From Laetmonice hystrix (lineage: Eukaryota): DNA of 64,000 nucleotides. The stretch covers positions 10,354,001 to 10,418,000 of the forward strand of contig OZ249436.1 of assembly GCA_965235115.1 (NCBI GenBank), written 5' to 3'. How positions within the stretch are numbered: the stretch's first letter is position 1; the number at the start of each line of letters is the position of its first letter. Under the pieces are notes generated by a model that saw nothing but the letters and a program-made list of their open reading frames with translations, did no database searches and was not told the origin of the DNA. The position numbers and the translations under genes are program-made. Shown here piece by piece: positions 28,067 through 39,620 of this stretch.

Positions 28067-28155
28067 ATCCTGCTCTGTATTATCTCCCAACACCTCCCCT
28101 GCTTCTCCCTCAATCCTGCTCTGTATTATCTCCCAACACCTCCCCTGCTTCTCCC
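28067..28155. repeat. Perfect 43-bp direct duplication (period 46)
   Basis: atcctgctctgtattatctcccaacacctcccctgcttctccc at 28067-28109 and 28113-28155. Confidence 0.9.
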
Positions 28156-29976
28156 ACAATCTCACACGGCTCTGCATCAATTTGATGCAATTCGTACCAA
28201 TCTGGGGGCCATATTAAGACACCTTCCCCGGCGTCGCTCGACTTCGGACCACCGTGCCATTCTACAAGTGGTTCTGGCGCAGACACACATACTGCATCCT
28301 AAATTATTGCTATCAGCAGTTCTTTCTAAACGTTTCCGTCCGTTTTTTCCTACCTACACTGTGTACATAAGAGCAATGTGTATATGAGAACATTTTAAAC
28401 ACTTACAAATTTATCTCTTTTTTTAAATGAGACAAAAAGAAAGGCTTCCTTGAAATGGTATCATATGAGTATTTCTAAAGTATCACATTTAAAATATATG
28501 TGTGTAAATAACACATGTGTGAAATAAAGTAATGTAGCCCCCATTGTATGCATGGGTAATTTTTGTTTCCGATTACTTTTATAGCTTATTGTGTAAACAT
28601 CCCGAGAAACAATCTAAAATGTCAATAATAAAGAAGGTAATTATGAAACTGTGCTAAGTCCATTTATCACTCGGAGTGAAAACATTTTAATGCCCTTTAT
28701 TTCCTCTAAAGAACAGGTGTGAACAGATGCATAATTGCAGAAAGAAACTCATTTTAACTGAGGCCTGATGACGGGAAATGAAGGGCACCGGCAGACGAGT
28801 AGATGATTGGTGATATAACGAGATACGAGATAAAAAACGACAGGCGCACGGCAGCAAGGCAGGCCTCAGATGTTCTTATAGAGCAAAGGTGTGAACATAT
28901 TCATGGGCTCTTGCATCTTAATTACTGGCATGCAAGGAATCATCAAATGACAAAAACAGTAACAAAGACAGATGAGGGGTGACATAAAGAAAAACACCAC
29001 TCGGCTCGAGAACAAGGAGCTAGCCATGATAGCGACAGCCATGGTGAGGTGTTTGAATGGGCAGTGAATTCCTCCTCCACCAATCACATTTGCATTGCTG
29101 CTTCAGTGCAGATTATGTTGTAATTACATTTCTGACTGCCCTCTGTGACTATGGAGATTGTGGGACCCGAGGTGGGGCCAGAGCGTGCATATGTCAGTCA
29201 GACCCGTCGCCGCCCCACCTCCATTGAAATGCATTAGGGCTCTACGTTTGCACATTGTGTCTGATTCCAATTCGGAACAGTGGATCGAGGCGGCACACAA
29301 GTGGAAGTTGCGCTCCTCTGGGACCCACTCCAGTCACACGATCAGCCAATCAATTCGCAGGACCGTCGAAGGGGTGGCCAAGGCAATTTTGGTGGCAAGC
29401 ACACCGCCCAAATTACTTGACACCTTGCTGATGTCTCCACAGCTGAGCTGCACCTGAATTTTTCATGGCAAAATTGGTGGCATAAATCAGCATTAGCATC
29501 TTGGGCTGTCCGCCCTGATCCAGGATGGTCCACCTTGAACTACCACTGTTCGCCGGTTAATACCAAGGGGTAGGGGAAGGGGGACGGGGCCAACTGCCTC
29601 CTGAACCAAGCCTGCTGAAAATGGGACCTTCCTGCCCACCATAACATGGGCTCGTCGAATTCCTCAAATGCCTACTCCTTATAATATGCTCATCACCCCC
29701 ACCACCCCACTCCGTCCCGACACACACTCACACACAACTACATCATGCTCACACATCTGATGGGCTGTTCTCCGACCGAAAAAATGTCAGCAAGCTCGAG
29801 TCTACGTGGATAAATTCATAAACAGCCATCTGTGCCAATCCTTTATGAGGGTAAATGACAAAAGCTTCCCTTCTCTGCCATAGGTCAAACAAAGAAGCAC
29901 CTTTCCCGTCTCAACCCATCTTCTGAAGTACTTCAAAGTGGAACTTCAAAAAGGCAGACGGCAGGCCACAACGTGG

Positions 29977-30210
29977 TACTGGACTGTACAAGGCTGTACT
30001 AACAACTGTAAAAAACGACACCTACCAAATGATAAATCTGGGCGAAGAATTTCATGTCACCGGAGTGTGAGTTGCACCTCATCATTCAACAGTGAGAGTC
30101 AAAATAAAAATCTATCTACATCCTGTGCGTTTCATTGGCACTTCACCGCGGTTAAAAAACCAGATCTGATGTCCGTGATCTGTGACAGATGGTTTCACAA
30201 TACTAACTTT
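29977..30210 (+). pseudogene. Degenerate THAP zinc-finger coding relic, probably transposon-derived
   Basis: Translation YWTVQGCTN...RRISCHR...WHFTAVKKPDLMSVICDRWF...NF follows THAP spacing (CxVxGCxN...ISFHxF...W...AxxR...ICxxHF). The first Cys is replaced by Trp (TGG) and the ligand His by Trp, consistent with decay. Confidence 0.5.
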
Positions 30211-30435
30211 TTACCTTCACATTATCACAACACTTTCGCTGCGAGTGTTCAGAACTCAAGGTATGCGCTCATCATGCGACTTCGTCCCTTCTTGTCGCTA
30301 TTTTAGTTACTTCTTTTATTTTTTCTTCCTTTCTCTTTGTATACGGGTGCATTATCCCAGAGAAGGTACTACAGGAGCACGGGGTCTGATCAAGTCGAAT
30401 GTCAACCCCGAGGCATCGCCATCAGCCTCCACAGT

Positions 30436-30481
30436 CACACCCCACCCCACCCCACCCCACCCCCATCCCCACCCCCACCCC
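30436..30481. repeat. (CACCC)n-type C-rich simple repeat
   Basis: cacaccccaccccaccccacccccatccccacccccaccccc; G-run rich on the minus strand. Confidence 0.85.
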
Positions 30482-31126
30482 GCCTTTACACTTACTGTCT
30501 GGTGGTTATCATGTCGGGATCATTTCCAACGGCTTGTCTTGCCAATCCCCATTACACAATCATCAGTGTATGATCAATATCATAAATACCTAATGACATG
30601 CTGTCCACCCCTATCCTGACCACATCAAATACCGCCTCAACAGAATCAACACAAATCAATACGAATGACATTAAGATGGCGGCGTGAGACACAACACTTG
30701 GCATGATCCCAAAGCCCTGCTCCTCCGCCCAATGTTTTATTAATGCCACAACGATTCTGCATGGTTTTTTCTTTCGGAGGTCGGATGGGGATGGTGGGTG
30801 ATTTGATGCAATCCATGGATAGCGACGGTCAGGGGCGGTCAGTATTCACTCAGCCTGTGAATATCAGTATGAGAGGGCTGACCGTAACATTATCAAACCT
30901 ACAATCAAACCTATAAAACGGTGATTGAAAATACAGGAGATCTCTACTGGATGTAACCTTGCCGTTCACAATGTCGTAACAAAATGTACGTTCTGTTTCA
31001 CGTAAAAAGGTCATCTGAAGCAACATTACAGAATCACCTTAACATATATAGACTCGTATACTGGGAGTGATGATTCAAATAATTATTCAACACCTAAGAG
31101 TTCCTCAAACAAGAGCGGACCTGATT

Positions 31127-31164
31127 CTTTCTATGGACACTCGTCCTTTCTATGGACACTCGTC
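31127..31164. repeat. Tandem duplication, 2 x 19 bp
   Basis: ctttctatggacactcgtc twice, head to tail. Confidence 0.9.
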
Positions 31165-31216
31165 CTTCAAGAGGCCTGATCGTACAGTGTTGTAATTAGC
31201 GTCATCAGGTCAAGAC

Positions 31217-31323
31217 TGACTCCATCCACCTGCAATAAACTCCTGTCTTTGACCTGGGGACAACACCCAATGACTCCATCCACCTGCAGTAAACTCTTGT
31301 CTTTGACCTGAGGACAACACCCA
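31217..31323. repeat. Tandem duplication, 2 x 54 bp
   Basis: tgactccatccacctgca(a/g)taaactc(c/t)tgtctttgacctg(g/a)ggacaacaccca twice, 3 mismatches. Confidence 0.9.
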
Positions 31324-31599
31324 GGAGTCCTGGCCACCCTCCCTCCTTGTCAACGGCCGGTCAGGAGGAGAGCCCCGGACGGACGCCTCCCTACCGGCCG
31401 TCCCAATCAAACGATTAGACATATAACAATTGCTGATCCGTTTGGCTGCCCCTCGAATAGTGGCAATCACCTCAATGATATGATTATGTTGGTTAAACTT
31501 GGAGTGTGTGGCCTCGCGGGGCCGTTGATAACACAGATAACTCTGGCCGCCCGTCTTCTGCTGACAGTAAACGGCTCCACCATCCCCTCTCCAGTGCGC

Positions 31600-32600
31600 G
31601 GACCAATCATTGGAGAAATCAAAATTCTATGGAATTTTGTTTAGGGGCAGGCACCAGAGCACACAATTACATTTGTCGGGCAAATAGGCCATAATGGCAT
31701 CATGAATTGAATTTCAAATCGCCATGGTGTGACTCCTTGATTGCCTAACCAAATGAGTGTCGGTCCCAAATTGATCAACTACAACCAGCGATCGCGTCTG
31801 CCCCATTTCTCTACTTTGTATGAGGTGAATACTAAACAAGCATTTTGTCCAAGATTTAGCTTTATGTCGCTTAATACCATTAGATGCTTGCCGCGGAATG
31901 ACTATTACCTTGGTCCAACCCACCTGGGAGGGGTAACACATCCTTTTACATGATGCCAGAGATGTGGCTGGGGACTGGCTAATTTCCGCACCACTGTCCT
32001 AATAGTAATGTATTGTTAAAATTTCATTTGCGGTGCTTAAGCGAGCAGCATGAAGATCTCAAAGGATCAAGAAATTGAGAGTTGAAGAGCTTAAGGCATC
32101 GAAGGCGTGAGATGAGTACAATTTGGGTGCATCAGAGTGCAGCACAGTGAAAGCCCCACTGAGCCTCTGATGGGCAGCCATCTCAGCATCTTCTAATTGG
32201 GCACTCAGCGGTCAGGCCATAGGGAGGGACTTAATAGTATAGTGGGCTTGATGTCGGCTTGATGGCTTAATACTGAGACCAATAGCATTTTCTCCTCTAA
32301 GAATGTCCGTGTACAGACTGAGGCTGCGGTAGAAGCCGGTAGACTGTGTTCAACCTTTAGCTCCAAGGTCGTGAACACAGCTGTCCTCGGGACCCGGGGA
32401 GTCCCTGCCTGAGACCATCCTGCACGCCTCGATCAAACCAGTCGCGTGTTTCTCCCATGGAATCTTTCAGAATTCAATTCCCAGGGAGGCACTTAGGACT
32501 TTAGTAGACATATTGTCTGCCATAGAACGGTAATGAAGCACGGTTTCTGATAGGGGTCGTTCTGGCCGTGCCAGGCCGGATATGGTAGGTTGGCACTGAC
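31600..32600 (+). mobile_element. Degenerate L1/Tx1-clade LINE ORF2 (end of RT through the C-terminal zinc knuckle)
   Basis: At 31621 AAA ATT CTA(t)GGA ATT TTG TTT reads KILGILF with one frameshift (Tx1 KILGxxF). Then FMSLNTIRCLPRNDYYLGPTHLGG (FLW...LYLP...GG), CPRDPG.../PETILHA (ETILHA at 32411-32428; zinc knuckle C..C...ETxxH) and FLIGVVLAVPGRIW. Order matches Tx1 ORF2. Confidence 0.6.
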
Positions 32601-33631
32601 CGCTGTTATTGCCCCACGGGTGGCTGTGATCGCCACCCATCATTTTAACGACACCCTGATCTCTAAAACTCGCCGCACCCACGGGACGAGCCCGCTTACA
32701 ATATCTCCCATGACAAACGACCGCGCCGACTGAATCTGGCACTGAATAAACATCTACTACTACACGCACCCACACACATCACTGATGATGTTATGAAATG
32801 TCTACCGACAATAAGTGGTGTGATACCATGTGAAAGATTAAAGGGAGGTCAGACCTTTGCCATCGGCAAACAGCATTAGGCTATCTGACAGTGGCCAGGA
32901 TTGGCCGCGCACAGTTCCTTACTGCCAACGCTACTCACCACCGACCAGCACTTTTATATCATTGCTGCTGAATTGATCCTGATGGCAGGAGGCAGCAGTT
33001 GATATAAGAGTGACCGGGGGCTGCTCATCGTGTTAGTCCTGTCAGCTGAAGGGGCCTTAATAATGACACTCTGGTCGGTCTGACACCGACTACAGTCCGA
33101 AACCAGCCGAGTCTCTCCATCCTCATCTGATATCACTGTCTCAGTCTCAAGTCTCGTTTTCATTTCATGCTTGGCTCACCACGTGCCACTCTACCTCCTT
33201 ACCGAGATAAGCCTGTCCAGCTAGCCACGTCCACGGTCAACTCATTCTGGGATAAATGAAGGCTTTTAATGTCAAAGTTCGATGATTGCCTGATGAAGGA
33301 CTCTACCCTTACATGGACCCTTCGCTGTCATAATATCAATATGACATTTCTGAATCACATTTGCTAAGTTTATCATTATTCTAGACTATGGGCTCTTACT
33401 GCAAGGGTCGAGCCTGAAGCCTTTGGCTAAAATCGCTTGGCCACAGGACGGTGTTGGATGCACATCCTGATTTAATTTTGGAAGCCTAATACTGTAAAAT
33501 GCCTGTCCTTATCTAACGCAAAGTCAATTTCTGATCACCTATTGATGCGTTGCTATGGTAGCAGTGGTGCCACCTCTGGCCTGAGAACGGATTGACCTGT
33601 GCTGCCACCTACAATCAGATCAGACCCGATA

Positions 33632-33734
33632 CCGGAAGTTCGTGGTCGCCGGTCCCAAACGAAACACGACGGAGACAGACTATATCAACTTAAGCTTCAA
33701 ATGGCCCCCAAATCGTTCTCAGTCCGTGACGTCA
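33632..33734. promoter_or_regulatory. CpG-rich patch with ETS (CCGGAAGT) and CRE (TGACGTCA) consensus motifs
   Basis: CCGGAAGT at 33632-33639 and TGACGTCA at 33727-33734 in a locally CpG-rich stretch. Motif presence only. Confidence 0.3.
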
Positions 33735-34868
33735 ATGCAGCCTAATCGACGTCTTATATTTACATCTGATGAAATATGTAGTTTTATCAAACGTTTTGAA
33801 AGCGAAAGGTAACTTCTAACTTCAGGCTCTCTTGCACTGTTTGGCGTTGATCATAATGTCAAACCTATACAAATATAACTAAAGAAATGTACCCTAGTAC
33901 CACAATTTAGAAGTGTGCAAACCGGGTCGTTTCAGGAATCAGTGAAACGGTTCTGCTCCATTCTACGTTGTCAAGTTGGCACACAATCTGATAGTTATAC
34001 ACATCATGGTCACCCGCAAATACAATCGTGCCATTCTCGACATTGTCGGTTATCTTCTGTAGTTCGACACCAAGAGCTGGGATTATACCAATAATGTACA
34101 TCTCGATATGTTTGAAAGTTTATAGGACCATACAGTGCAATATGGATAATAAACACCCCACTCAAAGAGAAGTCAATATACACCATGGCACCATTCTTCT
34201 CGAATCCACTTCAATTCGTCTATAAGACATTGTAACAGTGGCATTTAAATAACCTACTGAGCTGGTACCAGACAACAACACCACAACGTCTTTACAAGGA
34301 GGTCGCATTGTTCGACTATAGCCACGCACATACAGAATATTACAATATTCATTGTATCTGAACACAACGGAGTATCATTCGGTGCAGGTATGAATATTTC
34401 ATAGCTTTTTGATAGAATAATTTTGTCCCATGTTTTGGCAAGCAGGCGTGCTACTTTACACTGTACAACTATTGATGAAGCCATGCTAAACACTCCAATT
34501 AAGCATTCTATTATTTTCATTACGCAGCGACCAGTACAGTCAATACGGCGTTGCCAACAGACCATGTTGTGTAACATTCTATTGAATCGCGAAACCTATT
34601 TAATTATTACAAGGAAATTGACATGAAAATTTAATTTGTAGTATTAACACACAAATGATGGACTGACTTCGTGACAAAGGTGGTTAGGGTTCCCAACAAT
34701 ATCACACTGCTTGGTCAATATACACAAGCATGAAAAGATTTCCACACATTTCTTTTTTGCCACCTAAGAAGACTGACGATTATTTCCCACGAGAATTTTT
34801 ACAGTTGATGTCTGACTATCCGAGCAGTTACTGTAGGGGTTGTCACAAATCTGCCTGTGTTGGTCATT

Positions 34869-34917
34869 CTGTATTTTGACTGACATACTTTGTCTGTATT
34901 ATGACTGACATACTTTG
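34869..34917. repeat. Tandem duplication, 2 x 25 bp
   Basis: ctgtatt(t/a)tgactgacatactttg twice. Confidence 0.9.
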
Positions 34918-34974
34918 ACTTCAACCAATCTCTTTTGTACTGCCAGTGGGGTTTAGGGCGTCTGACTCACTTAC

Positions 34975-35008
34975 CCTTGGGATGATGTCAGAACAATGGG
35001 ACACTCAC
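34975..35008 (-). other. Candidate recursive splice site with 34-nt RS-exon (cryptic/poison micro-exon)
   Basis: The minus strand reads ttttaatggcctgttttttatttcag|GTGAGTGTCCCATTGTTCTGACATCATCCCAAGG|gtaagtgag: a strong 3' splice site immediately followed by consensus donor GTGAGT, with a second consensus donor (AGG|GTAAGT) 34 nt downstream. Same strand as the ARID3 exon. Confidence 0.55.
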
Positions 35009-35277
35009 CTGAAATAAAAAACAGGCCATTAAAATATTTGCTTCGACACATTAATTTTTACCACTCGAACAAAGTAAATATAACGTTAAGCAGACATAGC
35101 ATTGATGAGCTCTAGTATTGGCCAACAGAGAGAGAGAGCGACAAACCAAGCCAATAATTGACTTAAATATCATCGTTCAAACTTATTTCGAACTTTGAGA
35201 AATCGCAAGAGGCTACTGATAGCAACGATTATCAACATATTCTAGGTAACCTTAATCCCTATTAATATCAATAAGAC

Positions 35278-35607
35278 ATCTGGACATGGGCAATATATCC
35301 AAAAAGGTTCTCCTTGATATCTGGACATGGGCAATATATCCAAAACGTTTCTCCTTGATATCTGGACATGGGCAATATATCCAAAACGTTTCTCCTTGAT
35401 ATCTGGACATGGGCAATATATCCAAAACGTTTCTCCTTGATATCTGGACATGGGCAATATATCCAAAACGTTTCTCCTTGATATGTGGACATGGGCATTA
35501 TATCCAAAACGTTTCTCCTTGATATCTGGACATGGGCATTATATCCAAAACGTTTCTCCTTGACATCTGGACATGGGCAATATATCCAAAACATTTCTCT
35601 TTGATAT
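35278..35607. repeat. Minisatellite array, 41 bp unit, 8 copies
   Basis: Unit atctggacatgggcaatatatccaaaacgtttctccttgat; period confirmed (tggacatggg at 35281 and 35322). Confidence 0.97.
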
Positions 35608-38600
35608 GACACTGGTCCGATATAATTACCCGCTACACTGGTTTACACATGTTTTCACAGCTCATTCCCACCTCAGGACAAGACATGGGGTTATACCAAG
35701 ATACAATGGTGAATGTAGTACCAAGTAGACCGTTAAAATATACCCGTTATACTTGAATGTCTACAAAATGCCGGAAACGACTGATCAACAAAAGAATCTA
35801 TCAAGTTATGAAGTTCAGGTTGGATTTAGCATGCATGAGCATAAGGAACCCCAACTTTTTCTTATTACTGATATGTTGTCAGATATCATTTGACACTCAT
35901 GACTCGATGTTCCGAAGTACATGTAGATAGTCCACCTCCGTAGGCCTAGACATTGCTCCATCAAAACGACAGTAACATTATGCCGTTATGATCATCTACG
36001 AACGAACACATAAAACCAAGCAATTCCTAGTTGTTCACTACAGCATAGGCATAGACAATGCGCCTGGCACGGACAGAGGTGATGCATGGTTCAATGCCAT
36101 TGGCCTGGCGGGGGCATACATTGGATGGGCTGGTCCACAATCTGACTACTAGCAGGCCCTTCTATCTTACCCTTCAAGTGTCTACCCTTAATGGTTAAAT
36201 TGCATGTGTAGTGGTTAAGAGGTCGTCGTTGTGACATTATCCTTGGCCATCCAACCATGGCCATCCAACTGAGGCAAAGCCCATCTCCTGCCAAACTGAA
36301 ATAGTCGCACTGAATATGTACTGCATATGACGAGTTTATGCCAAGCGCATGTTGACCAATTTGACTGTCATGAACTCGAACCCCTGTACTGTCATCCGAG
36401 TACTGGTTGGATGGTCAAACAGAAGCAGTTGTTATTGGTAACCAGCTGACATTAATATCTAAGCAAGCCGATCAGAAATGAGTTTTACTCAGATAACTCT
36501 GCCGATGTAATTAATTTTATAATGGAAACTTAACTAGTACATAGGGTGACATTTTATACCAGTATAAGTGGCAGTTCTTTCCTTCACTGACTCCACAATC
36601 GTGTCATTTAAAATAATATTCCTCACTGAGAGTAGAACATTTATTCCTTTTTTCTCTCTCCAGTATTTTTCTCTCTCCAGTACTTCTCTCTCTCTCTCCA
36701 GTAACACGGCAATAGTGCGGTGATATCAGGCAGTGAGTAGCCCGTGGAGACCACCACAATATGATGACAACCCACCCAGTGCCAGCCCAAAACCCCGTTC
36801 ACAGGGCCACCCTTCCCAATAGCTCGCACTGTGCAGCACCCAGGTGAGGCGAGGCAGTGAGCTGGCTCGTTCATCCGCCACAATTCACACCTAGTGGGCC
36901 ATCTGTTGTGACGTTTGACCCCTTGTGGCCTGCCGTGTAGCGTGAGCCCAACAACAAACGAGCCTAATTATTCAGCCAACACATGTTGGCATTCCTCTCC
37001 ATACAACTTCGCACCATTAACTTTTTGTTTTCATTACACTGTCCACATCTCCATAAACGACACAAATTTGCATGGAAACGTGATATCATAATTCTCCAAT
37101 GAAGCCAACACACCTGAGTGCTGGAGTCCAAGTGAAGGCGTCATCAGAGAAAATTGGTGGCGGACCACCTCATTAATTTGGACTGATGAAGCGGAGGCCA
37201 TTGATGAGTCCCTGCTCTGCAGAGGTGCTATCAACTCGACTCCTCTCCCATTCCAATTAATAATACACCCTGTAAATTTTCATGAAATTCGGCCACTATC
37301 GGGGCAGCCTTCAGACTTGAGCATGAATTATGGTTGCCGTAACCCATACAGCCTGCCTCACATGACCTTTATAGGTCCCCAAATGCACATTGCCAAAAAC
37401 CAATAAAACTCTCCCGGGGATAGTTTTTCCTTTCCACTATGATTATCACTGCAGCCTATGCAGGGTTATGTGTGAAATCACTACATTATTGGTCCTGGGT
37501 GGGACTCGGGACTGGGGCTAATTGTTGGAGGTGATGAGTCTACTATCAACATGCTGCAACCCTATATTAAAACAGCCCTATCCTTATTTAGCAATCGATT
37601 GGCCTTGCAAGGCCGGATCCTAAATGCAAAACATGTTGGTTCCATTGCTCTGAAATGACATTCTATTCACCCAATCCTTCCTCAACAAAAATAGTCAAAA
37701 TGGTCATTAACTAGCATCTTGAGAATATTATTCAATAAACAAAACAGCCGATGCTACGCGAGTATGAAAATATTTAGAGGAAAGAAGGCAGAAGCATTGG
37801 TGGTAACTGTTCCATCTCTGACGGCTGATGTAGTATGGCTGTCAAGGCGAACCATTCATTGTTGAGTTGTTGGGAGATACCGCAGGGTAAGCCATTCCTA
37901 CACTGCTCCGAGCTACCACTCCACCACAGCCCTTGTACCCACGTCAAGAATGTCATTATCCCGACCTGACTGCAAGCATAACCTCCAAGCATCTGGACAG
38001 AAATAATGCACAACAGACCCGCCTACGTTCCTCATTCGATCATGTGAGCTCACAATTCGTTAATTATGTCACTTTGTGCCATCCATTGTGGCCTGGCCTT
38101 TGGCCTTGACCCGTGACCTAGCCCTGTGTCCTCCAGACTTCAGAACCCCTACTAGGTCATAGGTCAACTCGAATGGAATTACTGTTGGATCTGTGTGGTG
38201 TCTGGTGCACTGGCTGAGATCCCAAACTAATGAAAGTGATCTTGGGATCGAGAGATCAAGCAAGTGGCAATCTTCTGGCCATCACGTTTGCTACTGCTAT
38301 CTGCTCCTTTTGACCTCTGCCTTTTCCCTCTTTCCATGAATCTTCTGAGCTGACACAAGCCACCACAATTCAATTAGATTTTTGAACTTCAATGATTGAA
38401 TGAATGCGCATTGCGTATGACTTCTTGTCATTGCCAATCCAACTGAGACCTCATCTACGTGCGTATACATCAGTGTTGATGTATGATATTCGCTGGTCGC
38501 CAAATTACTCCTTCCTGATAACTTCATTTGGGGCACACAGATTACATGAATCTCATCAATACACAAGCGGCGGGGGGAGCAATGCCGTGAGCTGACCTCG

Positions 38601-39229
38601 GAGCGGGCCATGCTCTCTCACCTACCGATTTGCTGCTCATTGCTCCTGGCATGATGAATACGCTCTGCTTGACAATAATGTATTTACGTTTGGTGTTGTT
38701 CGGGAAGCTGATGATCTGTACGCATCATGCGGGGCTAGGGCCTACTACTTACAGCGGGGATGGCATGCACTGATCATAAAGTTAAGGCCATGTTGGGGAT
38801 TGATGCATCAAAATACGCTGAAATCTTGCTGGTCAGAGGAACGGTTCTTCTATAATTGGGACTCAACAATAGCTCTCCCACTCTCGGGCCTAGTTTTTAT
38901 TGTCCAAACATTGCTCATCACGGCCTAGGGAGCAGCAAACGACTTTCCTGCCTTGAGGGATAACTTCAAATTTGTTTGCATAATTTTAATGCATTTTTTC
39001 ACCATTTCAGATTGCCGAGGCTTTGGCTACATTCCAGATATTTAAAGAGTACCTAAGAGCCCCAGGATCGTCAAATACACTTAATGCCAAAAAATCTGGG
39101 GTAGAAGAAAGTTAACAAACATATATAAAATGTGTGGAAAAAAGGCTTAAGTTACGAGTAAGTGCAGCAAGGGAGCATATTCCCTTAAGATTTGTGATTT
39201 TCCCGTCAAATTTAATAGTGTGCATTAGA

Positions 39230-39620
39230 TGGATAGAAATATCGATGATGCAAGAAAATATCTAAAGGCACTCAAATGGTTGTTGGGATATGAAAACGCA
39301 CATTCTTTGCCAACTACACCAACACTTTCTACGATTAACTACTGAGATAATACTTTACAACTCTAGTGAATCTGAAGAATGCCGTAAAGTTTCAGATGAA
39401 ATATCCCCACCGGTAGAGTATACTCCATTTTTATCATCCTGATTAAATGTTCTATGTGAACACATATATTCATACGCGTCCTTCGCAATGAAATCCTGTG
39501 CCCTTCTACTCAGTACGTCATTAGACAACATATGGAAGGAATGCATGCAATAAGCGGACATATAACAAGGCCCGAAAATAACCTCATTCCAATCATGTGC
39601 AGGAGTGGACAAATTAATCT
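39230..39620 (+). mobile_element. Possible decayed CR1/L2-type LINE C-terminal fragment
   Basis: IDDARKYLKALKWLLGYENAHSLPT resembles the post-RT segment (KFxKWLLGV..ST.N) of CR1/L2-like ORF2; stops follow. Weak. Confidence 0.3.

Noticed and set aside
33900-34630. Cluster of protein-like short ORFs on both strands
   Set aside because: No family motif recognised in any frame and no splice-site pair; left unassigned.
38540-38560. Minus-strand LCIDEIHVI resembling a DEAH/RecQ helicase motif II (Academ-type)
   Set aside because: No convincing motif I or downstream motifs in frame; likely chance.
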